Assembly (NCBI GenBank): GCA_049325535.1
Contig: JBMOKY010000001.1
Location: forward strand, 877,942 to 941,941
Source: Patescibacteria group bacterium
GTDB lineage: Bacteria > Patescibacteriota > Patescibacteriia > UBA10025 > JAHIVO01
Reading direction: 5' to 3'
Length of the DNA stretch: 64,000 nucleotides
The notes below the pieces were generated by a model. The model was not told the origin of the DNA. It did no database searches and was given only the letters and a program-made list of their open reading frames with translations. Below, one piece after another: positions 16,713-26,400 of this stretch (positions are counted from its first letter, which is position 1; the number at the start of each line of letters is the position of its first letter). The position numbers and the translations under genes are program-made.

Positions 16713-19127
16713 CTACTCAGGCACGCCCGAATCCGTCTCTGGCGGCTTTTTTTTCGCGAAACTATCCTTCTTTTTTTCCACCGTATGTAGTTCAGGCGGC
16801 GCGAACGGGGACGCGCTCGCCTCTGCCGCCGATTGGGGTTTTTCTGATATCTCCGGCTCGAGCCCTTGTTCGACGTCTTGCAGCGGAGGCGGGGTAAACG
16901 CCTGATCAGTGGCGCCCATCTGTTCCAATTCTATTGTGGTAGTCCGGTGGGCTGCTTGCTCACCCGGTGCCGGCTTTTTGCGCAACTTCACCTTCAGTTC
17001 GATGATCCCCTTTTCCCTGGTCACCACGATCGGTTTGCTCTGGAATGATTCATAGCCCGATTTCACTACCACCAGATAGTATTTGCCCGGAGCGACCAGC
17101 GCCTGGAACAACCCCTCGCCGTTACTGACCCGGGTCCCAACCACATTACTCGTCTTCATATCATAGATACGCACCACCGCCAATCCCACCGGCTGACCAG
17201 TTGCAGCATCGGTGACTGCGCCCCATGATCGCTCATAATGGTGTGCAACTAAATATTTAAGGATGACCAACAAACCATACACCATCAGAAATAGATAGTT
17301 ATTCGTCGTCGGCTGGACGATCAGCGCGATCCAGCTGGCCAGCGTACCGACAATCAGCAAGGGTAAGCTCAGTCGCTCAAACACATTGCCGATCACATTC
17401 ATGACCCGCAACCACGTGACGCGCCGGACGGAAATATCACGCTGGTCCGGATCGATAGGTACATTGATAGCGAGCGACTGCTGATCCGGTTCTTTTACCG
17501 CAATCGTCTCACCGAGGTAAATATTCTCATATGGAGTAGCCGATGCTGAACGCAATAATTTCGAGGGAAACGTATATCCAGCATGGGCCGCCGTCACGAA
17601 GTATTGCCCCCGCTCAATCAGAAAGCCAAATCGACCCTCGGCATCAGTAATCTGCGTTTCCTTAAGCTTATTAAACTCCTTGGAAAAAATCCGGATGATA
17701 GTGCGGCGTACCGGCTGATTAGTGGTGCTATCAAACACCACACCCCAGGGTTTCCGCCGCTTGCCGACCGCCACCGGCACAAACCAGAGGTACCCCAGCC
17801 GGAGAAACAGGTAGACGACATTGCTCAGCTGGAGAGCAGTAATCGTCGAAGCGACACCGACGGCCGTCACGGCCGCGGTGGTACTCACCACCGGGGTGAT
17901 GATTTCCTCTACGATCCGCACCACCTGACTATTCTGCTGCAATTGTTTGACCACCCTACTCACCCGATCCGTCACATCCCGTACTGGTTTCGGGAGAATC
18001 TGGTTGATCGTATCGACGATGATACTATCCGGCTGATCTTCTTTTTCGATGACAATAACCGGTGGATTCGACCGGACAAAAGTAAATGATCCGGACGCCT
18101 CCCGGCTGTTTCCCGCCCGATCATAGGCTCGGACGATTATAGAATGCGCGCCCGAAGTAAAACCTGAATAGGTAAATGGGTCGGTTTCCCCGACCCCCAG
18201 CCTGATCAAACCAGCCTCGCCGGTGCTGAATTCATAATAATCCACTCCGGATAGTGCATCAGTCGCCACAAATCGCACACGTATGCTAGGTGAGGTGACC
18301 CGCGTACCGTCGAGAAATTCCAGGACAAATGTGTCCGGCGGGGTGATATCAATCTGTATACGAAAATGCGCCGTTTCCCCCCAACCATCGGCATTTTCCG
18401 CCCGGACGTGAAAATACCAGATGCCGTCACCAATAGCACTAAATGCATGTCCACCGCTCGTAGTGTCAGCAATAGTGTCAGGAATAGTGCCTGCCTGGTC
18501 GTCCAGTGCAAAACTAAACCCAGTGGCCCCATCAGGTGTCGTCCACGTAAATGACGGGTTCGCGTCACGGTACCAGGTATTTTCATCGGCGTGGGTACCA
18601 GAACTGACCGCCGGAGCATCAGGAAGGTTTACCACCGGCTCGGTGATGATGATATTGCCGATGGTAGCTTCTGCTACCAGCAAATCCGTCCCTTGCCCGT
18701 CATTGGCCAAAATCCTGCTCTGAGAAGTAACGATGGAAGCGGTACCAATGCCCGTGCCACGGAACGTGACGGTGATGATTGTACCAGCGGATCCACTGTA
18801 CCCCGGGGTAGGCAACCCACCGCTGAAGCTGATAGTGCCGTTTACATTTGAGTAGGTCGGTTCGACCGCCCAAAAGCTAAAAATACCCGTCCGGTCAATA
18901 CTCTCAACCTGCAGCAACGATGCGGGAAAGGTGATCGTCGACTCTGCGGCGTTCAGTGCCGTACCCTGCGCATCCACCTGGACGACGACGGCGAGCGTAT
19001 TACCTTCGGCTACTGATGCCGTGCCGGGCGACAAGGTAAATACAGCTGCATCAGCCGTTCCGGCCGTGCAAAAAATAATAATAATGGCCGCCGCTGTACC
19101 TATACCAAAAACAAATACTCGTTTCAT
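16713..19127 (-). CDS. Surface/membrane protein: signal peptide, cohesin-like beta-sandwich domain, polytopic membrane region, two carboxypeptidase-regulatory-like domains
   Basis: The ORF is called from 19175, but the likely start is MKRVFVFGIG (ATG at 19127), overlapping the upstream stop in an ATGA arrangement. The N-terminal domain is homologous to that of the adjacent 382-aa protein and fits the cohesin pattern. A middle region has about 6 TM helices. Two CarbopepD_reg-like segments follow (VVFDSTTNQPVRRTIIRIF... and VTDAATGQPVGLAVVRIYD...). Confidence 0.55.
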   Translation of the reverse strand: MKRVFVFGIGTAAAIIIIFCTAGTADAAVFTLSPGTASVAEGNTLAVVVQVDAQGTALNAAESTITFPASLLQVESIDRTGIFSFWAVEPTYSNVNGTISFSGGLPTPGYSGSAGTIITVTFRGTGIGTASIVTSQSRILANDGQGTDLLVAEATIGNIIITEPVVNLPDAPAVSSGTHADENTWYRDANPSFTWTTPDGATGFSFALDDQAGTIPDTIADTTSGGHAFSAIGDGIWYFHVRAENADGWGETAHFRIQIDITPPDTFVLEFLDGTRVTSPSIRVRFVATDALSGVDYYEFSTGEAGLIRLGVGETDPFTYSGFTSGAHSIIVRAYDRAGNSREASGSFTFVRSNPPVIVIEKEDQPDSIIVDTINQILPKPVRDVTDRVSRVVKQLQQNSQVVRIVEEIITPVVSTTAAVTAVGVASTITALQLSNVVYLFLRLGYLWFVPVAVGKRRKPWGVVFDSTTNQPVRRTIIRIFSKEFNKLKETQITDAEGRFGFLIERGQYFVTAAHAGYTFPSKLLRSASATPYENIYLGETIAVKEPDQQSLAINVPIDPDQRDISVRRVTWLRVMNVIGNVFERLSLPLLIVGTLASWIALIVQPTTNNYLFLMVYGLLVILKYLVAHHYERSWGAVTDAATGQPVGLAVVRIYDMKTSNVVGTRVSNGEGLFQALVAPGKYYLVVVKSGYESFQSKPIVVTREKGIIELKVKLRKKPAPGEQAAHRTTTIELEQMGATDQAFTPPPLQDVEQGLEPEISEKPQSAAEASASPFAPPELHTVEKKKDSFAKKKPPETDSGVPE

Positions 19128-20272
19128 ACCTTTTTTCGTCTCCGGATGACCATGGTACCCAGCACTCCGGCACACACTGCAAACACCACAGCCGCCAGCA
19201 GGAGTACATTTGAATCAAATGACGCCCGGGATGTGGAACCAGACCCCCCATGGACAACCGTTGTCTCAGATTTATTGCCGGCCCGGTCAAATGCCCGGAT
19301 GACAATATCCTGACGGTGTACCTGATCAGTCAATAAGTAAGGGCTCACGGCAGGTGATACCACTTGATTACCCTCTACTACTTCATAGTAGTCAATGCCC
19401 GAGGTGGTATCATACGAGCCAAAACTTAAATAATACCGGCCGCCAAACACATCCGGGTCAGTATCAATCTTTGCCGTGATGGAAAGCGGCGGGGTGCTAT
19501 CGATCTGCGCCCGCCGTACGCCGACGACTTGCCATTCATCACGAGTCAATTTTTCTCTCAATATGAAATAGTGTACCCCGTCCGCTACTGCTGCATAGGT
19601 AGCTGAATCCTGCGGTTCATCCACAAAATCATCTGGTACGGTGGTCGGTAACTCGCTCAGGGCGTAGCTATAAAACGCGCGGTCCCGCGGTTGCCACTGA
19701 GCAGTAAAGGTCGACCCCGGATACCACGTATCTTCATCCGGGTGCGTCGGCGACGTGATATCCAGTGCATAGGGTGACGCATTGACGATCGTATAGGTAC
19801 CGGCGACAGTCGTCAACGCCGCGGCGGTCCCCCGACCGTCATTCAGGTAGACTCCGCTCTGATCCGCGTCCACCACCACTGTGGCGGTACCCAGCGTCCG
19901 CGCCCGGAACGTCACTCGTATCAGCGGGCTATCCACCACCAAAGTACCATTTGGCTTGCCACCGGTAAAACTGATACTCCCCGCGTCGGCATTGATCGAC
20001 GGCTCATGCACCCACATGCTGAGGAATGACGTACTCCAATCCACCGATTCCACTTCCAAAAGGTCAGTGGGATAGGAAAGCGTCGCACTCACTGCATTGA
20101 TATATTCGCGCTCACTATCCAGATTGACCGTGACGATGAACGTATCGTTCACATCCACACTGGCAGTCTGCGGAGAGGGATTCATCACCGCCGCTTGTGC
20201 CGCCGATGCCACGGCCAGCAACGCGCCGCTCACGATGATGCTCCACATGAATTGTATAATCGTCCGACGCAT
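19124..20272 (-). CDS. Cell-surface protein with cohesin-like domain and a C-terminal TM anchor
   Basis: 382-aa ORF with a signal peptide (ending AAQAAV) and a cohesin-like domain paralogous to the 16713..19127 N-terminus. A second beta-domain follows, then a C-terminal hydrophobic anchor and a basic tail (LLLAAVVFAVCAGVLGTMVIRRRKKV). Confidence 0.55.
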   Translation of the reverse strand: MRRTIIQFMWSIIVSGALLAVASAAQAAVMNPSPQTASVDVNDTFIVTVNLDSEREYINAVSATLSYPTDLLEVESVDWSTSFLSMWVHEPSINADAGSISFTGGKPNGTLVVDSPLIRVTFRARTLGTATVVVDADQSGVYLNDGRGTAAALTTVAGTYTIVNASPYALDITSPTHPDEDTWYPGSTFTAQWQPRDRAFYSYALSELPTTVPDDFVDEPQDSATYAAVADGVHYFILREKLTRDEWQVVGVRRAQIDSTPPLSITAKIDTDPDVFGGRYYLSFGSYDTTSGIDYYEVVEGNQVVSPAVSPYLLTDQVHRQDIVIRAFDRAGNKSETTVVHGGSGSTSRASFDSNVLLLAAVVFAVCAGVLGTMVIRRRKKV

Positions 20273-20278
20273 AGGGAG

Positions 20279-21139
20279 TTACCCTGTCCAATAATAAAGT
20301 AATATGCTGAAATCAATGACATTCACGGTCGTATCGGCATTGATATCCGCCCGCGCCTGAGACGGGTTGGTCGCATTCCAAAAATACAATAGGATGCTGA
20401 AATCAACGATATCGACGCTGCCGTCACAATTGATATCGCCCGGAGTGGATGCGGCGCACTGATCCACGGCAGCTACTGCCAGCACAAGCGCGGGACCATC
20501 GACGGATGTTTGCGCACCACTGGTAGCGCGTGGAGTGATAATGTGAGAACCGGCGCTGAGTGTCGATCCGGCGATGGTACGTGTCCACGCACCTTGGGCG
20601 TTTGCCGTCACCGTGAATTGCTGGCTCGCGCTGCCTCCGCCAGCCAGGGTGGAAACGATATACATGGTCACGGTGCTACTGGGAACGCTGATACCCTGCA
20701 CCACGACTGATTCCGCTTCGGTAATGCTGGCGATAGACAGCGCCATGGTCGGCCCTAAAAAGATATTGCTTACCGCGGTCGTAGTTCCCTCGCCAAATGT
20801 CAATGTATACGACACCGTAGCGCCAATACGGCCCTGCGTATCCTGGCCAACTAATGTGTAGGTGTGTGTACCCGGAGTGACGATGGTGCTGGATGAAAAA
20901 GAAGCACTGCTATTTGCCGTCGGCGTGGCGATGACGATTCCATCCTGCCGAATCGTCACCGTTCCACCGGGATAGGCCAGACCACTGAACTGGATAATCG
21001 TGTCAGGATCTTCCGCCGGCGCTTCTGGTACGACCGCGCTGACCGTCACATCCACCGCCGATGCAAAACCAGCACTCATCAGCCATACAGCCATGAGTAC
21101 CAGCGTGCCGTACTGGAGTATAGTGCGCGGTCCCAGCAC
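20279..21139 (-). CDS. Secreted Ig-like protein with C-terminal type-I dockerin module
   Basis: 286-aa ORF with a signal peptide. It ends in two 22-aa Ca-binding dockerin repeats, GDINCDGSVDIVDFSILLYFW and ADINADTTVNVIDFSILLYYW, matching the D-x-N-x-D-G-x-V-D-x-x-D pattern. Confidence 0.65.
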   Translation of the reverse strand: MLGPRTILQYGTLVLMAVWLMSAGFASAVDVTVSAVVPEAPAEDPDTIIQFSGLAYPGGTVTIRQDGIVIATPTANSSASFSSSTIVTPGTHTYTLVGQDTQGRIGATVSYTLTFGEGTTTAVSNIFLGPTMALSIASITEAESVVVQGISVPSSTVTMYIVSTLAGGGSASQQFTVTANAQGAWTRTIAGSTLSAGSHIITPRATSGAQTSVDGPALVLAVAAVDQCAASTPGDINCDGSVDIVDFSILLYFWNATNPSQARADINADTTVNVIDFSILLYYWTG

Positions 21140-21150
21140 GATTGTATTGA

Positions 21151-22182
21151 TTACTTCTTATCGGTCGGGGGGGTGGATTGCGTATCGGTCGCACCGCGCT
21201 GCATAGCCTTGGCCACGATCCATTTATTGTACCGGCGCAGGAGCAGCCAGAGCAATACCAGGATAATGATGATGCCAATACCCCAAACGATCATCACATG
21301 CCAGGGCAACACCCAGAAGGTGAGCGTGGCTGATTTGTTTATGGTAGTATCGATACCCGCCTGCGTACTGATCGCTGCGGTATACCGGCCGATGGCGAAA
21401 TTTTTCCGCTCATTTTTGAATTCAGCCCAAAATCCAGTATCCGTCGACACGTCCCCTTTTTGCCATACCGTCTCATATTTACGGATAGTCTGCGGAAGCG
21501 TGGCGCCGTTTGACGGATTAAACTCCAGCGAAGCTACCGCATTGCCAAACATATTATTCACCTCAATCATACCGGTCGGCCGCAAATGGACGTTGCCCGA
21601 ATTTTCGTAGCGCGTAACAAATGTTAGCGGCAGCCGATTGGCGCTGGTCGCATCGTCCTGGAGTATAAATTCCTTGATGTCACCAGCTTCAATCACGTCG
21701 CCTGGCACCCGCGCCAGGAGAAGGATGCCAATCTTGGTGCCCACGGCGATCTGTCCGCCGCTCTGCGCCTCAGGCGGAGTATTGGAAAAAAACACTGCTG
21801 CATAGTGTCCGCCCGGTCCGGCATTTTCCGGAGGGGTGACGGTAATCGGAACGGTTATCCGATCCCCTGGTTCCAGATGAAACGGACCCTCTTCAATCGT
21901 CAACCACGAACTCAGGTCTTCCGGTTCCGCGTCGAACCGATACGACGGCTTGCCCGATTCTCCGGCAGCGCCAAAACTGGTCGCCTCGGTATAGAGATCC
22001 ACGGCGGCATCGGTTTCATTGAATAATTTGACTGACGTCTCATATTCCTGGCCCGGCGACACCTCAAACTCCAGCGACGGTGGGATAATCGTGATCGCCT
22101 GCGCGCCTGCCGCAGCCACCAGGCTGCCGGCAAACACCAGCGATGCTATGACAAGCATTTTTTTATACATACGTTCCTCCAA
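21151..22182 (-). CDS. DUF916/DUF3324-like cell-surface protein (CscA-like): signal peptide, beta-rich ectodomain, C-terminal TM anchor
   Basis: 343-aa ORF. Its size and architecture (signal peptide, two beta-rich domains including the segment ...ENAGPGGHYAAVFF..., C-terminal helix WVLPWHVMIVWGIGIIIILVLLWLLLRRYNKW) match the DUF916-DUF3324 proteins encoded in WxL clusters. The family assignment rests on architecture and motif resemblance only. Confidence 0.45.
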   Translation of the reverse strand: MEERMYKKMLVIASLVFAGSLVAAAGAQAITIIPPSLEFEVSPGQEYETSVKLFNETDAAVDLYTEATSFGAAGESGKPSYRFDAEPEDLSSWLTIEEGPFHLEPGDRITVPITVTPPENAGPGGHYAAVFFSNTPPEAQSGGQIAVGTKIGILLLARVPGDVIEAGDIKEFILQDDATSANRLPLTFVTRYENSGNVHLRPTGMIEVNNMFGNAVASLEFNPSNGATLPQTIRKYETVWQKGDVSTDTGFWAEFKNERKNFAIGRYTAAISTQAGIDTTINKSATLTFWVLPWHVMIVWGIGIIIILVLLWLLLRRYNKWIVAKAMQRGATDTQSTPPTDKK

Positions 22183-22246
22183 AAAAAGTATTAATAGAGC
22201 AATGACCTGATGCCGCTGTTCGTGTAGAAGCTCCGTGTCAGTATCA

Positions 22247-23287
22247 CTAGAATGTCGCGGTGGCGATGTAGGTCAGATCAGCGGTATAAGTGCCAGCCTC
22301 GGTATCAGAGGCGATATTGGCCACGTACCGGGCAGAATAGGTTGTGTCTGACGAAGGTCCGCCAACTGAAGCAACTTCATCCGGAAAATTTACGGTGTCA
22401 AAGGCAAAACCCGCAGCCGCATACGGCGCTGATACCGCTCCCGACCCGCCGGAGGCGGTAAAGCGAACGCCAAACTGTTCGGCACCACCGCCATTTGGCG
22501 CGGTATTGGTGCCACCAATAGCGGTGATGGTATCGAGTCCAGCCGAGGTCAGTGTAGCGCCGTCCAGGGTGATGGAATACCCACCGGTGGCATTGGTCCC
22601 AGCTACTAGATCATGTGCTCCTGTCTCAGTCGCCGATCCAGTGCCGGCGCCATTGGCATACCGGTCAGCCGTGGTACTGAGTGAACCAAATCCGACGGAT
22701 GTGTCAGAAATGCTGAAGGTCAATGACGGGTCTACTGTAGCACTGACCGTCACCGTGTCATCTGAGACAATAGCCACCGACAATGAGCCGGAATCTGATG
22801 TGGTGGTAATATCGATCTCGTACGTATCGGCTGATGAGGGATTGGTAATCTCACCATTGGCTATAGCAAGTGTCTTGGCTCCGGCCGTCACCGTATCTCC
22901 GGTACACACCGTTAGGGTAATATTTTCATCCGGCGCGCTGGTATCGACTGCTGCGGTTACTTCGGCAGCAGCGCCGGTACAAGCATCCACCACGGTCAGT
23001 CCTGTCCCGGTCATATCGGCGTAGTCCAGCGTACCTTTCAACACAAAAGCGTCTGCCGCCGGATCAAACTGGATTTTGATGGTCTGCCCTGCGGTCAGTG
23101 CGGTAGCGGTGGTAAAGGTAATCTCATGGTCTGAATCGGTCGATGCCTGTAGTCGAGTCATGGTATCACTCAGATTTGTCAAAGCATCCGCGTGGAGAGC
23201 CGCCCGGGGTATGCTGATGGTCGCCGCGACCAGGAGCACGAGCATGATGATGGAAAATCGTTTTGAATAACGTGTGGCTTGTTTCAT
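22247..23287 (-). CDS. Small secreted WxL-like-domain protein (CscB/D-like); C-terminal ~160-aa domain shared with the 4422-aa protein
   Basis: 346-aa ORF with a signal peptide. The C-terminal domain (FSISDTSVGFGSLSTTADRYANG...GGYSITLDG...AGTYTADLTYIATATF) aligns position by position with the C-terminus of the giant protein (FSISDTTIGFGSLSATQDRYATG...GGYSIDIDG...AGNYTSNITYIITPEF). The pattern resembles the WxL domain (F-x-F-G start, proximal G-x-G-WxL, distal AGTYTAxLTWTL), with W replaced by Y. Confidence 0.55.
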   Translation of the reverse strand: MKQATRYSKRFSIIMLVLLVAATISIPRAALHADALTNLSDTMTRLQASTDSDHEITFTTATALTAGQTIKIQFDPAADAFVLKGTLDYADMTGTGLTVVDACTGAAAEVTAAVDTSAPDENITLTVCTGDTVTAGAKTLAIANGEITNPSSADTYEIDITTTSDSGSLSVAIVSDDTVTVSATVDPSLTFSISDTSVGFGSLSTTADRYANGAGTGSATETGAHDLVAGTNATGGYSITLDGATLTSAGLDTITAIGGTNTAPNGGGAEQFGVRFTASGGSGAVSAPYAAAGFAFDTVNFPDEVASVGGPSSDTTYSARYVANIASDTEAGTYTADLTYIATATF

Positions 23288-23432
23288 AAAATTCTATTAT
23301 GAATGAATACTTAGGTTTTTCTTAAACCTCCTAGATCATTCCTCCTATTTTTATTTTATCCGTTTATAGTATATCATCTTTTGCTGTCTCCGTCAATAGT
23401 ATACACTATCACTGGCCAAATATCAACATACA

Positions 23433-26400
23433 TCAAAATTCCGGCGTTATGATATAAGTTATATTCGACGTATAATTCCCCGCCTCGGTCTGAGAGCTGA
23501 TATTACTCATATATCTGACTGAATAGGTGGTGGTGCTCGATGCGCCGGCTGATGTGGCAAATGTATCCGGAAAATTTATGAGATCATAAGCAAACCCCGC
23601 ATCGGCATACGGCGCGCTGACTGAGCCGCTCCCGCCGCTAGCGGTGGCGCGGATACCATACTGCTCGGTACCGGTCTGCGATGCGGTGTTGGTGCCACCA
23701 ATATAATCAATACTATCCCCCGCGCCTGAAGTCAGAGTAGTGCCGTCGATATCGATACTATACCCCCCGCCGCCACTGGTAGCAGCCGCCAGAGTATGCG
23801 CCTGCACTTCTGTGTCTGATCCCGTACCGTCGCCCGTGGCATACCGGTCCTGCGTGGCGCTCAATGAGCCAAATCCGATGGTAGTATCGGAGATACTGAA
23901 ACTCATACTATTGATCAACCAGCAGTCGTTATTGGTAGCGTCAAAATTCGTGCCATTGGACGCGTCGATATCGGGCGCCTGGCCGCAGGCGTCTGAATCG
24001 CGCACGTTGGTATTGGACACTGACCGGGTACCGGCCACATGGATATCCCACTGGGTGCCGGTGGAAGAACTGCGCAAGAAAACCCGGGTGCCCGTCGCCT
24101 GGCCATTGAAGGAAATATTCTGGAAGGTATAGGTCGATCCGGCATTGAAACGCAGCTTGGTATTGGCCGTCGTGGCAGTAAAATTATTATCCGTTTCAGC
24201 AGCGGCGCTGAATATTACCGAGGGACTGGTCTCTGGATTTGAGCCGGAGCTATTGGTGATGGTAAGATTATAAAATGCCGAAGCGCCGGTCATGGTGCCG
24301 GAAAATGTCTGCTGGTTGATGCCGTCGGCGGTAACCGTACCCGACCGCGCTTCAAAGATGTCATTATTGGTCCAGTTTCCCGCTAGATACACCGAATAAT
24401 TACTTAAATTTTTCGTATCCAGTGTACCGCCGGTAATGGTCAGGTTTCCATTGACATCCAGATTTGATTCCAGCTGAAAGGTGTCACCATTGGCACTGTC
24501 ATTTAATACGACGTGGAAAAAATCATCACACGCGGCACACTGTGCGCCGGATGAATCAATATAGATGGTACCGCCGGGTTTGGCCGCACCGGTAAAGGTG
24601 GCCGTCGCCAGCTGTGACGTGAATGTGTCAGCATTGGTCCAGTCCCCGCCGATAGTTATAGCATTGCTTTCTGTGGATTTGGTATCGAGTATACCATCGG
24701 TAATGGTGATGTCATTTTCCACGGTCAGCGGATCTTCGATCTCGACCGTCAAATCGTACGTGCCGCCGCCGTCATCGATCACCAGATCATACGGATTGCC
24801 GGTACCGGCGGTGATCAGATCGCTGGTCACATCGCTGACAGCGGTAGCCGGAATCGTGAATGCCAGCGTAGAGCCGACATTCGTGCCGTCGCTGTTATTC
24901 AGCTGGGCGCCGGACTGGAGGTCAAATTTTCCATCGGTGGCCATATAGGTCCCATCAGTCTCCACATCATCATCCACATCCAGCCGGCCACCGCCCGATC
25001 CCCCATCAGCCGCGATGGTGATGCCCCCGATCCCGATATCCAAATCATACCCATGGGTATTGAATACATCACCATCATTAATGGTCAAAGACTTAGCAGT
25101 CATGTCAGTGGCCAGGTCAGTCGTATCAGGCGACGTGCCAATATGCACGTCTCCGACGCTTGTTTGGGTGACGCGGTTATCGGCGTACGTCAGATCGCCG
25201 TCGAGAATCAGCAGACCGGACGTAGCGGGATTGAACGTAGCGCCGGATGCGATGGTAAAATCACCGGCCACATTCAGATTTGACGACGCGTGATGGGTAA
25301 ATGAGCCGCTGGACACCGTAAACGTACCATTGACATCCATGGCGTCAGCACTCGAAACTGATCCGACACCTACCTGAAAATTCGACAGAGTTTTTCCGCC
25401 TGACGTGATCACTTTACTGGCGCCATTCATCAGCAGCGTGTGCCCAGCGGTCGCCGTAAACGTGTCGCAATTGCTCAAGGTCGTATTGCCAGTCACGGTC
25501 CAGGTCGCAGTGCCAGTAGTCACGCTGTTTGTGCTGGCGCCGGCGGTGCAGGATAGATCGTTGCCCACCGTGATGACGGCATTGTTGCTGGCCGCATTCA
25601 GATGTACGTTATGTGACCCATCACCGACGACCAAATCATGGGTGATGCTGTTTGCCGTGGGGCTGGTGAAGGTATAGGCGGGTGTGGCGCCGCCGCTTGG
25701 TTGGACGTGCAGATTATAATAGTAACTATAATTCGACAGGCTCTGGATGTCGGTAGCGACCTCGCCGGTGTACCGGAACGTGGATGTATTTCCCACGATC
25801 CGACCATTATTGATCACCGGCCTTGATCCACCGGTGCCGCCCTGGGTGATCACCCACGTTTTTGATCCCGCATGCAGCGCGTGACCATAGCACGACTCCT
25901 CGGTACAGCCGCAAATCTCCAACGGGTCGTACACCGCATCGGTAGTGATGACGCCGGTCACCGTCATCTGTCCCGTGCCTGTCGCGGTGGTTATCCGGTC
26001 AGCGCACTGGGTGGTGGATGACAGATGGAAATTATTGATCGACCAGGCGGTGTCGCCACCAAAACTCCCGCTAGTCGAAGGTATGGTCAAAGTGCCGGCA
26101 GTCAGATTCAAAATCCCATCACCGGTAATATCACCACCAGTGACCGTCAGATTTTGCGCGCCGGTGACGGTCGTGCCGCTACCTACCACCATATCATTGG
26201 AAACGGTCATGGGATCATCCAGCGTAATCGTGCCACTGCCTGAAGTCTGGAAATTATACGGGGACGTGTCACTGCCATACACATTATCAACAAACAAGGT
26301 GCCGGTCCCGTTCATGATCAGGGTACTGCCCGTGTCTGGAATAAACTGACCACGGGTCAGCTCGACATCGCCGCCGACCGTCCAGGTGCCGGCGCCGGCG

